Assembly: GCA_964016885.1 (NCBI GenBank)
Contig: OZ024743.1
Span: 367,226,001-367,290,000, forward strand
Direction: 5' to 3'
DNA length: 64,000 nt
Origin: Eledone cirrhosa
Taxonomy: Eukaryota
A program made the translations under genes and the position numbers. This document shows positions 63,321 to 64,000 of the stretch, piece by piece. Below the pieces are notes generated by a model. That model ran no database searches and was not told where the DNA came from. It saw only the letters and a list, made by a program, of their open reading frames with translations. How positions within the stretch are numbered: the stretch's first letter is position 1; the number at the start of each line of letters is the position of its first letter.

Positions 63321-64000
63321 TAATTTATCTGAGTTTGCCCATGTATGCGTATGTGTATTTCTCTGTGTGTGTATATAGAAAAGAGAGAGAGACTTGAAAG
63401 TTCCATTACTTTGTCTGCTTCTGCAAAATTCTACTAAATTGATATTGATTGCCTGATTTTAAAAAGAAAGAGACTTGAATCATATAAATGATGTAGGGGC
63501 ACCAATAGTTACAAAAACAAATATAATCACCAAATAAGAAGAACAACAACATCAGAAATACAAGATAAATCACCCATTTAGACAGCAATGGCAATAAATG
63601 AATAAAACAAAAACCTCATTCAATCATATGCGGACATCCAGAAAACCTAACAAGATAATATATCTTGATAAATGTTTATGGCTATCTCTTTATACCAGCC
63701 AGCTGGTTTGGTTTGAGATTAAATAATTATCTTGCTAAATTAATGAAATTCTAAGACACCATAAAGTAATCTCCATATGTTTGAATATTTCTAAGGAAAC
63801 CATGATGGAGGAATATGGATTAATAGTGGAGTATTGACAGAGAAAGTTTTAAGTAGTAAGTTCAAATCCTCTTTATAATTCAATATTTTTTTAATAGTTT
63901 ACAAAAGATGAGCAACTTTTGTGAAGTCTGTTTTATTGGGTTGGGATCTCTGCTAAATATTTTTCACATTAAAATTTTGTGTTTTTATTAATTAACACTT

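Overview
AT-rich, repeat-saturated eukaryotic (metazoan) DNA. The SINE/LINE repertoire and dense microsatellites suggest a cephalopod, probably octopus (inference). No host gene is confidently identifiable; there is one candidate 76-bp exon. Contents: about 12 mostly 5'-truncated RTE-clade LINE copies, whose main family has a PHD-like Cys/His finger inside the RT region. Also one apparently intact CR1-clade LINE with a single 1357-codon ORF1+EN+RT frame, remnants of Rex3-like and R4-like LINEs, tRNA-derived SINEs, two mariner relics, and Penelope-like element (PLE) remnants including a Naiad-type copy. The most notable signal, found by eye, is about 15 type I hammerhead-ribozyme (HHR) motifs. 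They belong to several unrelated short non-coding elements that mostly sit in or next to (TA)n tracts, as tandem ~430-bp units or as fold-back palindromes whose breakpoints often fall in hairpins. Some have U3-A8 core variants, and three have an upstream octamer motif. Folding and alignment were done by hand, so repeat boundaries are approximate.
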